Below, one piece after another: positions 40,901 to 53,347 of a stretch of 64,000 nucleotides of DNA. The position numbers were made by a program, and so were the translations under genes. Within the stretch, counting starts at the first letter, position 1. The number at the start of each line of letters is the position of its first letter. The notes beneath the pieces are model-generated. The model saw only the letters and a list, made by a program, of their open reading frames with translations, made no database searches and was not told the DNA's origin. The DNA lies in contig NC_088855.1 in NCBI RefSeq assembly GCF_963853765.1, positions 28,706,001-28,770,000 on the forward strand, in the 5' to 3' direction. The stretch comes from Magallana gigas. Its lineage: Eukaryota.

Positions 40901-41680
40901 TATATCTATTAAGGTAAGTAATCTTCAAATTAAATAAAGAAGATAGGAAGTTTTAGTAATGAGACAAAAGTCAGTAAAAAAAAAAAAGATCGGATAGCCA
41001 CAATCAGGATCTTGTTTTAATAACAGCTGAATTTTCTTTGTACATGTGTCGTTAATTATTACGATGATCTTTCAAAAAGATTTAGATCATAAACGCTGTA
41101 TGGACTTGTATATATGTTACCGAAGAAGTCCACGAGATAGTTTCATCCGATAAAGGTGTTCCTTCAAAGTTTCGTTTGATATTTCGAAACACCAGTACGT
41201 TGATTATGATAAAATATTATCAACTGATACAAATAATTTTCGGTGGAGCTTCGGACCGTTGCGAGAAAATGGATTTCCTTTTTGTGCTAAACATGTCATG
41301 CAGTCAGAAATCTTATATTTTATGTTGTTTATAAAAATGGTTTTCCTTACCCGTTCGTACTCGTCACTTTGTTGTAAATTCAATGAAATTTAGTTGCGAG
41401 GGTACACCGTAAATTCAGGACAACAATTTTCCAAGTTTCCAAATAAATTTATACAAATGTATATGTTTTGTGATGTATCTCATTTTTATAAACATTTCTG
41501 ACAGATAACTGAAAGCTGACTGTTCAAAGTATAACTTAAAATTGACCGAACGGCATAGCTCTTCCATTCAGTTACCTTTCTAGACCGTTCAGTTAATTTT
41601 CATTTGACTAAATGGCAGCGGAGTATCATCCTGTGGTTTGATTTCGTGAATTGACTATTCAACGGAGTATGTAATATATA

Positions 41681-41752
41681 AATAGTGCCTGTTTTGGGAG
41701 GGAAGGTTGAAAGTGGTTTTCGACGGGGTGTCCCTCCCAAACAAGCACTATT
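41681..41752. repeat. Short hairpin remnant of a palindromic repeat element
   Basis: AATAGTGCCTGTTTTGGGAGGGA ... TCCCTCCCAAACAAGCACTATT, with ~23-nt imperfect arms. Confidence 0.6.
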
Positions 41753-42629
41753 TATTTTCTTGTACTGAATGTATAAGAACCGTTTCAACAAGAGCTTGGA
41801 CTTTGGGCAGTACCTGATAAACTCCGATTTGATAAAGGCGGGGTTAACACATGGTTAACTGTCCAGCCATTGGCTAATAGATATGTATACATTGAACGCA
41901 ATGACACTCGTCCGACTTCTTCCAGGGATGTATATATATTTCGCTGGAACAGCATCCATTTCACACACCAGAGCAACGGTTTTGGCAGTCTATGAATATT
42001 AATGAGGTTCTCTAAGCGAATTAGGAGAAAGGAGGTCAATGTTCGTCGGCTTTTTTTGATGAGCAAACTAGATAAAAACATCCCACCGAAAGTCCAAGCT
42101 CTTGTTAAAACGGTTCTAATTTTAGAAAACGCATAAACTGACTTCTTCAGAAATGACGTGAATTCTAGGCGAACCGTTCGCACATAAATTACGCGCATGT
42201 AATGTAACAATTTACCCGTTGTCAAGTAATATTCGCTAACTCTGTGAGGGTAATAGAACGGATTTCAGTATTTAACATGAAAGTATATTAAATTAATGTA
42301 TTGTTCGACGAATATTACTTAAACCACAGTTTTTTCAGTCTTGCGCAATAAAAATTACAATTCATGAAGAAAAAAAAAACTAAAAATATGTTACCAAATA
42401 ATCACGGAAAATACTTCTGCAGCAAACAAATAATATAAATTAATTGATGCATTTTAACTAATAACAAAATATTATTTGAGCTAGGGTAACAATATAAATT
42501 ATTTAGTTTAACATTTAATAAAGTTGATAAATCTCATTCATATATCACGTGCAGAACTGCCATCTTTTACGAAATATTATAATAATTTTGATTTTTTTTT
42601 CTTCATGTCTCTTTCTTCCTTTTTTCCAG

Positions 42630-44996
42630 ATGAATGCAGTTTTGTTATTTACTATCTTATCGGTAAAAATTGGTATGTGTCTATTTTCATAACTATTTCT
42701 AGACGAAAAAAAAAAAGTATTATTGTGCTGTCTAAAATGAAGCATTAAACTAAATATAAACATTTTTTAAAAAGACGATTCATGTATGCATCTCGATATA
42801 TATGGCAACGTTCAGTCTTATTAGATAAACCAATCAATAATTTCATTTTAAAGAGTATAATGATTCTAACTGCAGCTCCGACCTACCAGCAGAACGATTC
42901 CCTATGCAGTACTCATAGTCCCTCGGCAAAGCACTATGCCTCTTTGAACTACTGCTACTGGCTAACGCCATCTTCACAGACCGCGGATGACGGAGCCCTC
43001 ACTTGTGAGGCCGCAGGGGGGTACATGGGCTATATAGATTCTACCGCAGGTCTGTTGAACTTTATTAACGATGGACTGGATAATCATTGGAGGTAAACCT
43101 AAATTAAATTTTTTTTATGTTAAAACATTTTTGACCAATCAAGACAACAGTTAAGCTTGAAATTTTTGTTTCATGTGAGGATGTATTCGAATAGCTCTGC
43201 GCAATAATTTTCATTTCATCATTGCACGACATTTAATATCAACATCGTCATGAAAAAAAAATCTCAAAAACACCGTTATAAGTAAAACAAAAATTAGAAG
43301 ACATATTAATTTTTTGTATTTGTCATGTGAAAATGAACAAATCTGTTTCATTGATTCAAATCAAAATACATGTATATCATTAAAGTGTATGAAAGCCAAT
43401 TGAAGCTGTTCTTTGAATTTTACTTAAAAAATTAAATTTTTTTTTTTAAATTTCAGCTTTCATAACCAAAGTGTCTTTGTGGGGCTTCGATCGTGGACAG
43501 AGAACAATGCGTTCACCCATTGGGACTCGTCGCCTATTTATACATTTAAATGGGATTACACCAATGGACAGCCAGACGGAATAGCATTCCTTCAATTTTG
43601 CGTAACCTTGTATCCTGATCCGCCACATCTTTGGCACAACACCCGCTGTGACAGCTTGTTCCAGTCTCTTTGTTACTGTCAGTTAAGTAAGAGGAATTAT
43701 TCATAATTTAATTTTTATAAATAATAATAATTTTAAAATTATTATAAATAATTAATAATAATATACATATTTTAGAAAAAAATAGAAGTAAATAGCCTAT
43801 TTGATATATAGTTCATTATGGGAAATCGTATGATTACCCCCATCCTTCTTTACAAAAGTGCATGGTAAAGCTTATGAGAGAATCTGCCAGGGCTGCATTT
43901 TACAAAAGAACTTACGACAAAGTCGTAAATATTTTCCGTCTCATGGATTGAAACAAAATATCAACTCATTTATTTACAACTATTTTGACTGCCATAATCA
44001 TATTTCACAGCCATTAGAATAGAACATTGATTAGTTCATGATTATCATCATTCATTAATTTGGTCGTAAGTCGTAATTTCTTTTGTAAAACGCAGCCCTG
44101 AACATAATCATGCAGGACTTATGACTACTATGAACTATACATGCCTTATGATACGTTGACAATTTTATGCATACCCAATTTTAAGGTCGCATTCAGCGCA
44201 AGACACTTTTACTTCGTAACTTCCCGTTACGTATGCAACGTTCGCAATAGTTTCTGATGAAGAAATGATCGTTTGTTTTTTGAAAAAAAATTAATCAAAA
44301 ATTTTCGTTTTAATAGGTGGCGTACAACATACCTGTTCTGTACCAATTATTGCCAGTGTGACTTCACCTTCATTTTCAACAATGTCAACATCATTTCTTG
44401 TGACGTCACCAGCGGGAACATCCCTCACTCCTTCTCCCCCCTCAGACTCGTCCATTGTACCCTGGTCAATTCCAGTGTCTTCAAATTCGGACTATTTCTA
44501 CTACTATTCATACAACTCTATAATTACTGTGACAACTGGAAGTACATATCTGTGTCCATCTTCAACTTCCTGGACGCATCTAACCGTGACGTCAACTGTT
44601 TTCATCACAAGCTACGTCGATGCGTCATCTATAATGCCGTCTTTGTCGTCGCATTTCTCATCATACAGCCCTACTTCGAGCACACATAACGTCAATTCGA
44701 CGATGAATGCAACATACCCCAGTGTAGACTTGAGAGTTGATAAAACTTCAACCAGTCGCTACCAACGAACGAAATATTGCGCTGGTGACGAACGACCCCT
44801 GAGTCAATTCCTAGGAACAACGGCCATCATCACCATTGTTGCGATCATCGGAATTATCATTGCTGGGGATATGATCACCATAGCACAGCAGGTTAAAGCC
44901 AAACTCAACCAGTGGAAGAGGAAACTGGAAAAAGAACCTGCCAAATTAGAAAACGAAGCATGCGTTGAAATGGAACACCATACATGGGTTGGATAA
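42630..44996 (+). CDS. Type I membrane protein: signal peptide, C-type lectin domain, Ser/Thr-rich stalk, transmembrane helix, short tail; 389 aa
   Basis: Exons 42630-42672 (MNAVLLFTILSVKI), 42876-43092, 43457-43686 and 44317-44996; total 1170 nt, phases consistent. CTLD hallmarks: YCYW, C...GGYM, VFVGL, W..GQPD, FCV, W-H-N..C. Mucin-like S/T stretch. Hydrophobic segment FLGTTAIITIVAIIGIIIAG. Confidence 0.85.
43891..44097. mobile_element. Harbinger/Tourist-like MITE in lectin intron 3
   Basis: TIR GGCTGC(A/G)TTTTACAAAAGAA; flanks CAG / CTG (CWG-type, not an identical duplication). Confidence 0.6.
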
Positions 44997-45500
44997 AAGT
45001 CACACCCTTTCGTCTATAAAACATTGACAAGAGAATTCATGATAGGAAATATTTCTTCTATGGTCAAAATTAGTTAATAATAATCCTATTTCCTGAATGG
45101 AGTCCGGAGGTCAACAATGTAATTTTTAAAAGTTATTTTGTGTGAATCAACGATCTATACGGAAAGTATAGAGAAACGTGTCTCTCATTTTTTTACATTG
45201 TAAAATATAACGTTAAATGACTTCGAATACAAGTTAATAGTTGATAGTTGTTAGTTATACAGGGCCACTACAATGTTTCTAGAAGAGTCATCCTTATTTT
45301 CTCGTTTTTCCCTATTAATTGTATTTTATTCGATCAAACTAATGGCTAGTGAAACCAAGTTGCTTTCCCTTTTCAGTTTAGATTTAATAATCAAATGCCA
45401 CATTTTTTTTTAATAGAAAATAATGACAGGACGCGAGTTTTAACATACTAGCTGTTACTTAATGTCATATGGTAAAGTTTTTTTGTCAGACCTTTTGGAG

Positions 45501-45565
45501 TATTGTCATATTGTAAATTTTGAATTTACCGGGTGGCAGTAAATACAAAATACAACATGACAGTA
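45501..45565 (+). repeat. Single copy of the ~65-bp hairpin mini-element
   Basis: TATTGTCATATTGTAAATTTTGAATTTACCGGGTGGCAGTAAATACAAAATACAACATGACAGTA. Confidence 0.7.
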
Positions 45566-46559
45566 GCCCAAACGATAACGACAGCCCGTGAAGCGGTATG
45601 CCTGTAACCTCAGGGAGATTCGTCGAGACTCATTAAAAATTTTGTACTGACGTCTTTTCCTAGTGTGTCCCGGGCTACAACGCTGTTAGGGGCGGGGGTA
45701 GCAACATAGCAACAACCCTTAAAATACATGTATGTTCAATGAAATGTTAACACTTACTACAACATATAATTGAAAGCGAAAGTTTTACATAAGACTAAAG
45801 AAACAAAAACACTGCAATGGTACACTAGGTAAATCTAAAATTTCTGACAATCCTTATTTACTCCCTCCCTCTTACCCCCTACCCCTACCCCTACCCTCCC
45901 CCCAAAAAAAATAAAATAAACAAAAAACAAAAATAACCCAAAACCAAAACAAACCCAAATCAAAATGGTTGTCACCACAATATCAAAACTATTTCATATC
46001 TTAAACTTGTCATTTTAAAACTTTTTAACATCAACATCACATCATATTCATCAGTCTTATATCATTTTTAAAGGCGTTTTTTTTTTACATTATAATTTAA
46101 AAAAAAAAAGGGACAGATTCGATACAGTAGTGTAGAAAGATCATCTTCTGACACCAAGAATGTTAAATGTAAAATCTTTAATAATCGCATTTGGTTAAAC
46201 TGTGCGTTCTTTTCCCTTTCAATGGACTGTGTTTGACATCTAAGTGTGAATTGTTTTCAATTTGGGTTTTTTTTTTCTTCAAAAATAGCTTCAACAATAT
46301 CGTGTTATAACAAATCCTCTCGATCTTTCATGTTGATTCTGCCGAACAACTTCTGGGTTTTATTTAGCTCACCTGAGCTTTTCTGATCACATTTTATCTG
46401 TCGTCCGTCTGTCCATAAACTTTTTACATTTTCAACATATTTTCCAGAACTACTAGGCCAATTTCAACTAAACACAAAGCACCCGTAGGCAAAGAGGATA
46501 GAGAGTTGTGATAATTAAGGACTACGCCCTTACTCAAGGCAAGATATGTAGGAATTATT

Positions 46560-47500
46560 AATAATTTTTGAAAATATTCTTCTCAGAACTATTTGGTCAG
46601 GGAAGCTGAAACTTATGTGGAAGCATCCACAGGTAGTGTAGATTCACATTTGTGTAAATCATGACCTCCGGGGGTACAGTAGAGCCTTAAGTGAGGTCGA
46701 ATGTTCACATAGGAATATAAAGAGTAAATCTTTAAAAATCTTCTCCTCAGAAACTAATCCGCCACGAAGGATGAAACTCGTGTGGAAGCAGCCTCGGGTA
46801 GTGTAGATTCAAATTTATTTAAATCATGATCCCGGGGGTAGCCAGGAAAGCTTAAACTTGTGTAGAAGTATCTTCAGGTAAATTCAAGTTTGCTCGATCC
46901 CTGGGGGTAGGGTGGGGCAACAATGGGAAGTTGAATTTTTACATAGGAATATAAAGAGTACTAGTAAACCTTTAAAAATCCTCTTCTCAGAAACCAATCA
47001 ATTAGGAATGCTGAAACTTGTGCGGAAGCATCTTCTGAAAATTGTTCAAACCAGGGTCCCTGGGGGTAGGGTGGGACCGCAATGGGAGGTTGAATTTATA
47101 CATAAGAATATATAGAGAGAAAAATATTTAAAAATCGTCTCATAAACCGATTGACCAGAAAAGCTGAAACTGTGTGGAACCCTCCTCAGGTAGGGACTGG
47201 GTAGATTCAATTTTGTTATCAGAATCCCGTGGGGTAGGATAAGGTCACAACGGGGGGGGGGGGGGGGTGTCAAATTTTTACGTAGATATCGATTTCATTT
47301 GTAAATTCTTATCCAAGCAATGAATGTAAGCACATGATTTATACTTAGATATATACAGAAAATCTTTAAAAATCTTCTAAAAAACATTTGTCTTGAAAAG
47401 CTGTAACCTTAGAGAAAGCAACCTTAGGTAGTTTGGATTCAAATTCGTTTAAATCAAAATTTTTGGGAATAGGGTTGGGCCACATATGGGATCCAATTCA
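46560..47500 (+). repeat. About six diverged satellite-like units (~160-170 bp, some partial), Cg170-like
   Basis: Recurring CTCAGAAAC..GCTGAAACTTGTGTGGAAGCATCCTCAGGTAGTGTAGATTCAA..ATCATGATCCC.GGGGGTAGGGTGGG. The resemblance to oyster Cg170 is from recall, not from an alignment. Confidence 0.7.
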
Positions 47501-47829
47501 TTTTAATTCACAAAAACAGAAACGTTATAATACATGGTTTTACTTTTATGCAAGCGTTTTGACAAATTGCTGATTCTTTAAAATTGTTTAGACTTCGGCA
47601 TTTGGTCGATTTTTGGGCTGGGATTCATAAAGATACTTAAACAGTACTTAAGTGTAAGAAATTACTTAAACTCATAAAAAATACTTAAGTTACGCTAAGA
47701 ATTTGTTTTTAACTTAAGTTTTATTCATAAAACAACTTATGCCTAAGAAAAATCTTAAGCAATACTTAAATCTAAGAGTCCTCTTGAGGTGTCTTAAAGT
47801 TCTAAGAAAAACTTAAGTTCAAAATCAAA

Positions 47830-50068
47830 ATGGCTGCCATCGGAGCACAAAGAAGATGTTTTCGAAAAAGAAAAGACTGTTTGGCAGAGTACAGTGACGC
47901 TGAACTAGTTGAGAGGTATAGGTTTGATTCCGCTGGTATCCACTTTTTAGAGGGGTTGATTGGAAATGAACTTATGAGTGGTTCACGTAGAAACTGTGCA
48001 ATTTCTCCACTGCAGAAAATTTTACTAACACTGAGATTTCTAGCCACAGGGAAAATGCAGTTGTGCAATGGAGACGACATGGGTGTCTCGCAGCCCACCG
48101 TTTCTAGGGCAATTACTGCCACTCTTAGAAGTCTCTCTTCTCCACAAATTTGTGCCCAGTTTATAAAATTCCCACTTAATGTTCACGAAATTCGCAAAAA
48201 TCAAGAAGAGTTCTTCAAAATCGCCGGATTTCCTGGAATTGCTGGGGCCATCGATGGCACACATGTACAAATCATCGCTCCTTCTGACTACGAAAACGAG
48301 TATGTCAACAGACATCATTACCACAGCATCAACACACAGGTCGTCTTTGATCCATTCCACAAGATAATTGATGTCGTAGCGAAATGGCCAGGGTCAACAC
48401 ATGACTCAAGGATCTTGAACGAGAGTGGACTCAAGTCATTGTTTGACCAGAACAGAATCCCTCTTCACACGCATTTGCTAGGGGACAGCGGGTATCCGTC
48501 AAAGAGATGGCTCCTAACTCCATTTTTGCGACCAAACCAAGGTTGTCAAACAAACTACAACAGGTACGTTTCCCATTTCACATAATTCTCTGTTAGGTAC
48601 AAGCTAAGATATGTCTTATATACATCCACTGTCCATACATGATACAACCAACACTGAAAAAAAGGAGCAAATAAAATGGCCATGACCGTTCTACTTTCAT
48701 TTTCCTGATAAGCGCCCTCTGGAGACAGCAGTGCTAAATATATTACATAACATGGGGCGGATCAACGAATTTCATTCCACCAAAATTTTATTTCATTCAA
48801 AAGTATCGATGTACAGAATATAACAGGATGATAGGCATTTTGTTGGTTGATCTAGATCACTGTTTCACCCCTCTCTCCTCTTCTCTCTCTCTCTCTGGTG
48901 GGGGTGGGGGGGGGGTTAATATTGATTGGTTAATTTGGTTTTTAAATCATAAAAAAATTATTTTTCTTGTGTAATTTCAATATAAATATATATAAATATG
49001 CTTATGCTATCATGACATATTCTATCTTTATAAGTAGTCATATATACCAATTCAATACTTATAAATTGAAAAGTGCATGTACATTGCAACATGCATATAA
49101 AAGTTATTATACCTTTATTGGGGAACCTATCTAAATTTGAAAAAAAATTCAGAGGAGAATCCTTGAATCCATGTAAGACCATTCATTTAATCCGGCATGG
49201 GTTTATATGAATTTTTTTATATTTTTGAATCTCCAAAACCTTTATAGGCTGAGACAAATTAGAAATATTATAATAGTACATCATCATGTTCTGAATTTCA
49301 AATGCATGCACCCTGCTGCTGATACCATAGCTTAATTAATGGGCATGCTCAGTATTTTTTTTTGAAGAGAATTTATTCTTTATTTGCACAAGACATACAT
49401 CTTATGGCATAGGTTATTACATATAAATAATAGCAATATTGAAATAATGGTATGGTACATGAACATGTAAAGTACATTGACAATGTATATAAAATAAAAT
49501 TTTACTAACAGGCGATTTATTATTTAATGCAAGTATGACAGTACCGGTACATGTAATTAGAAAGTGGCTTACAGTAATTCTAGGCATTTAGCATCTGTTG
49601 GGTAGTATAATTAAGCTGCTTAATTGGTATAATTTCTGTTAGTGTTCTTACATGTACCGGTACATGTATGTATATTGAATTTGATAATTTTTATAAGTCA
49701 AAAATTTCCACTACTTCTTCATCTTTTAAATTCCTTTGTGATGTAAAATAACTGATTGTTTAAGGGTATTTTATAGGGCTCATAAGAAAACAAGAAGCAT
49801 TGTGGAGAGAGGCATAGGTCAGCTGAAGAGACGGTTCCATGTTCTGCATGGAGAGATTAGACTGTCTCCAGACAAGGCATGTCAAGTTATTGTTGCTTGC
49901 TGCATCTTGCATAACATTTGCAAGGACAGGCAGATCCCATGCCCCCTGGATGATGGTGACCTGGATGACAGTCAGCAGGATGATGGTGATGGGCTGAATG
50001 TACAGATTGGCCAGAATGTCAATGACGGAATTCGGTACAGACAATTGTTTGCTGAAACTCACTTTTGA
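47830..50068 (+). CDS. Harbinger DDE transposase (HARBI1/DDE_Tnp_4-like), 2 exons, 341 aa
   Basis: Exons 47830-48563 and 49777-50068 (1026 nt). The junction reads NYNR-AHKKTRSIVERGIGQLKRRF. Catalytic motifs GAIDGTH, GSTHDSRI, LLGDSGY and VER are intact; no stops. Confidence 0.93.
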
Positions 50069-51017
50069 CAGGTAAGCAATAATTACTGGTAATTGAAAAC
50101 AAATATACATGTTTGAAATATATTTCATTTGTTCAACAATAACAACAACAAAAACAACAGCAACAAAAACAATAAAAACAATATGAATGAATGTTCATAG
50201 AATATCACATAAAATAAATTCTTATTACCAAATTCATTGATTCAAGAATTTCATCATGTCTGTTATATAAATTTTAAACATTTTAGACCTGTTTACATAC
50301 ATGTACTATACCAACTTCAAGGAATTAATATCTAACACATTATTAAAGGTTTACTAAGAAGTTAATAAACATACTGGCTAAACCCTGAACATATTCAGTT
50401 TGGTTACATATATTGACAAAAAATTGGTACAAAAATTTATTCTAACTTTCAAAACTGTCAAAACAAAATAAGCCCAGTCTGACAGATGTACAACCATACA
50501 ATACCAGACAGGTGGGAAAAAAAAAACATACTCATGTATTTTCTTTTACCGACATATTCACTTATTTATCCCAAATAATATTAAAACCAAATTGAAATAA
50601 ATCTTCTATGAATTTATATAATACTAGCTCAAAATACGTACATTAATTTACTATAAACATGTACAGTGTATATGCATCTTTCTGTCTTATGTACATGCAT
50701 TCTCATAATGTTGTTAAATAAATGACACATAATATATCCATATTACATAATTCACTTCAACTTATACAGAACTATTATCCTTAAATTTGTACTGGTAATA
50801 TTTCTGAACATCTTGTATAATTTGATATGATAGTCTCATTTAAGATGTAGGTTACATCATACATTATTTATCTGAATTCTGTGTTTAATTTATAATGGCA
50901 ATTATAATTTTATTTATAAAGGATTACTATGTTACCAGGTATACTTGTCAAATAATATCATTCCTATTAATGAACAATCTTATTTATGGATGACAGATGG
51001 ACAGTGAATGATTCAAT

Positions 51018-53347
51018 TTATTCCTCTCCCTTTAACTTTCTTATTTTCAATTGCAAGTAATCAACTTCAAGTTCAAGTTTTTTTACAGTTAGTTCTTCAA
51101 TTCTTCTTTTCAGACTAGTGCTACTGCTGTATTCAGCATGACTGGCTGGCGTTTGCTGGGATGCTGCTGTTCTAGCAGGGGGCGGGGAAGTTATTGTGGC
51201 TGCAGTGTCCTGTGTAGTGCCTGTGGAAATGATGTGTGGCTCTATGTCTGGTGGTCCTTCAATGACATGTATTCCCCTGAAAATAGAATATTTTAGTTAA
51301 ATTATTACTGTTACCAAAAATATTAATTGTACATGTATTTTTCACTGGAAAATAAAACTTAATTTGTTGATGTTACATTGAAAAAAAAAATATTCCATTC
51401 ACTTGATATGCAGCTTGGCTGATATTGTGGTTCTGCTTCAGTTTGAGAACAAAATTTAAGATACATGTACTAAGTGTTTCAGTGCAACAATTACATAAGC
51501 TACTTACAGTCCTAATAGTTCACTATCGCCCAGAATCTGTAGCATGGAAGAGTCAATACCGCCATCAATGCCACTTAAACAGGCATTATGTTGACCTACA
51601 ACATTCGATACCGTTTCTGCAATGGCACTCAAAGGCCTGGGAGGGGGGCCGCCACCTGTAAATTTGTTGTTCATAAATTAGGCAAAATATTTCATATCTG
51701 GAAGTTTTTTAGAACTCAACTACACAGTACATGTAGTTCAACAGAAAAACATTGATCTTAAAAGTTTAATGAGATACAACTGACATTCAGATCAATAAGA
51801 ATGTTTGCTCTGTTTGTAATTAAGATATAAGGTATTAATTTTGGATTTATATCACTGGGATATATTTACATTTCCAGTGTCTTTGTCTGTAATAACACTA
51901 TGTATCGATTTTGTACTATAAAACCCATAATACAAATGACGCCAAATTGAGGCGCCAGCGGGGTTTGCTTATTTATATTTATATATTTAATCATACGATG
52001 GCTTAAAATTATATAAATATAAGTATTAAGGAATAATTCTTTGAATATTATGAGGGGATAATTTCGGTCGTGGCGTGTTCAAATCTATCATAAAGCCCTT
52101 CGGGCTTTATTGGATTTGATCACGCCCCGGCCGAAATTATCACCTCATAATACTCAAAGAATGATTCCTTATTCCTTATATAAATACGGGTTGGTTACGT
52201 GATCAAATCTCATAGCGCCATTTACATCTGTTGCTAATTATGACAATAGTATTGCTCCATACTTTCTTTTTGTGATGACCTAAAAAAGCTTCGATTCGAA
52301 AATGACGTAACAAAAAATAGTTCAACAATGTTGCAAGTGTTTGATTATCAAGATAAATAAATAAGACACTATTTTTGATAAGACAACGATTATTTTATTA
52401 TAATAAAACGAAACAGTATAGAAAATTCACTTGTAGAATAAGAGAAAGTGATTGAAGCTTGGCGGAAATATACCGCTTCTGTTAAAGTCGCAGAGCGGTC
52501 AGAAATTTGAAAACAAAGCGATAGAAAGTAGAGTTAGAGTCTACTTAGGCATTTTCAGAGGATATTCTATCGCAGAATCAGATCCAAGAGCATAGAGTCT
52601 AATGATTTCCCTCCGACATTATACAGATCTAGGGGCAAGCTATTTTTTTTTTCGGAACAAAACCGACAGAGAAGCAGGAGTTAAATTTTACCGTGAATGG
52701 ACTAAACACGAAAGGTATGATAAGTTTTTTAATTTGTGTCTAAATTATGTTTTCATTACTAGGTGTGTTTTAGCTAAGTCGGTTAGTGTGAGTACATGGA
52801 GAAAATGGAGAAAGTAGTGCCCTAGATGTTTAACGTTATGCAGAAATAACAGCTGATTGCACAAACCGTGTTATATAAGGGAGAATATTTGCAAATGTAA
52901 ATATCGAAATTAAACATTTTGGAATATATTTGTGATTATTTATCATTCTAACAAAAATATAGCTTACTTGAAAAAAAAGAAGAAGTTTGGAACGTACGTT
53001 AAATCTACTGTAAGCTTTATGTAACCGATCAAATTTATAGCACTGTGTAGAACAATGACCGACTGACCTGTGCCAGAAACTGTCCTCCTATAACTCGAAA
53101 TCTCGCTCTTGGAGTTTGAAAAAATGTTGTGCCATTTTTTTTCAACTTCAGCGGGTGTCCTGCTGGGCCCAACTCCCATCGCGCATAACTTCTGCGATAC
53201 CTCGCCCCATGCTCTTGTCTTCATGTCAGAAGTTAAGGAAGGATTGAGCTTTCTCCGTAGAATATGCTTGTAGTCATCGACAAGTGATGCTAACGCCAAC
53301 GATTCGTCAGAGGTCCAGTTTGGCTTCCTTTTCTGTTTCCCTTCCAT
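51018..53347 (-). CDS. Harbinger Myb/SANT-like DNA-binding protein, 3 exons, 228 aa
   Basis: Exons 53347-53068, 51655-51508 and 51276-51018 (687 nt). RKPNWTSDE..RAWGEV..EVEKKWHN (Myb_DNA-bind_5-like), TGGGPPP linker, and C-terminal coiled-coil-like LKRRIEELTVKKLELEVDYLQLKIRKLK. Confidence 0.88.
52027..52171. repeat. 145-bp imperfect palindrome within Myb intron 1
   Basis: TAAGGAATAATTCTTTGAATATTATGAGGGGATAATTTCGGTCGTGGCGTG..AAAGCCC-TTC-GGGCTTT..CACGCCCCGGCCGAAATTATCACCTCATAATACTCAAAGAATGATTCCTTA. Confidence 0.85.

Noticed and set aside
48040-48367. ORFs overlapping real genes in other frames or antisense (for example 48040-48360, 30043-30805, 44273-44689, 49760-50128)
   Set aside because: Shadow ORFs of genuine coding exons with no independent motifs.
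51410-51445. Extra mini-exon in Myb gene intron 2
   Set aside because: Exons 2 and 3 already join in frame, the splice signals are weak, and the segment's phases do not fit.
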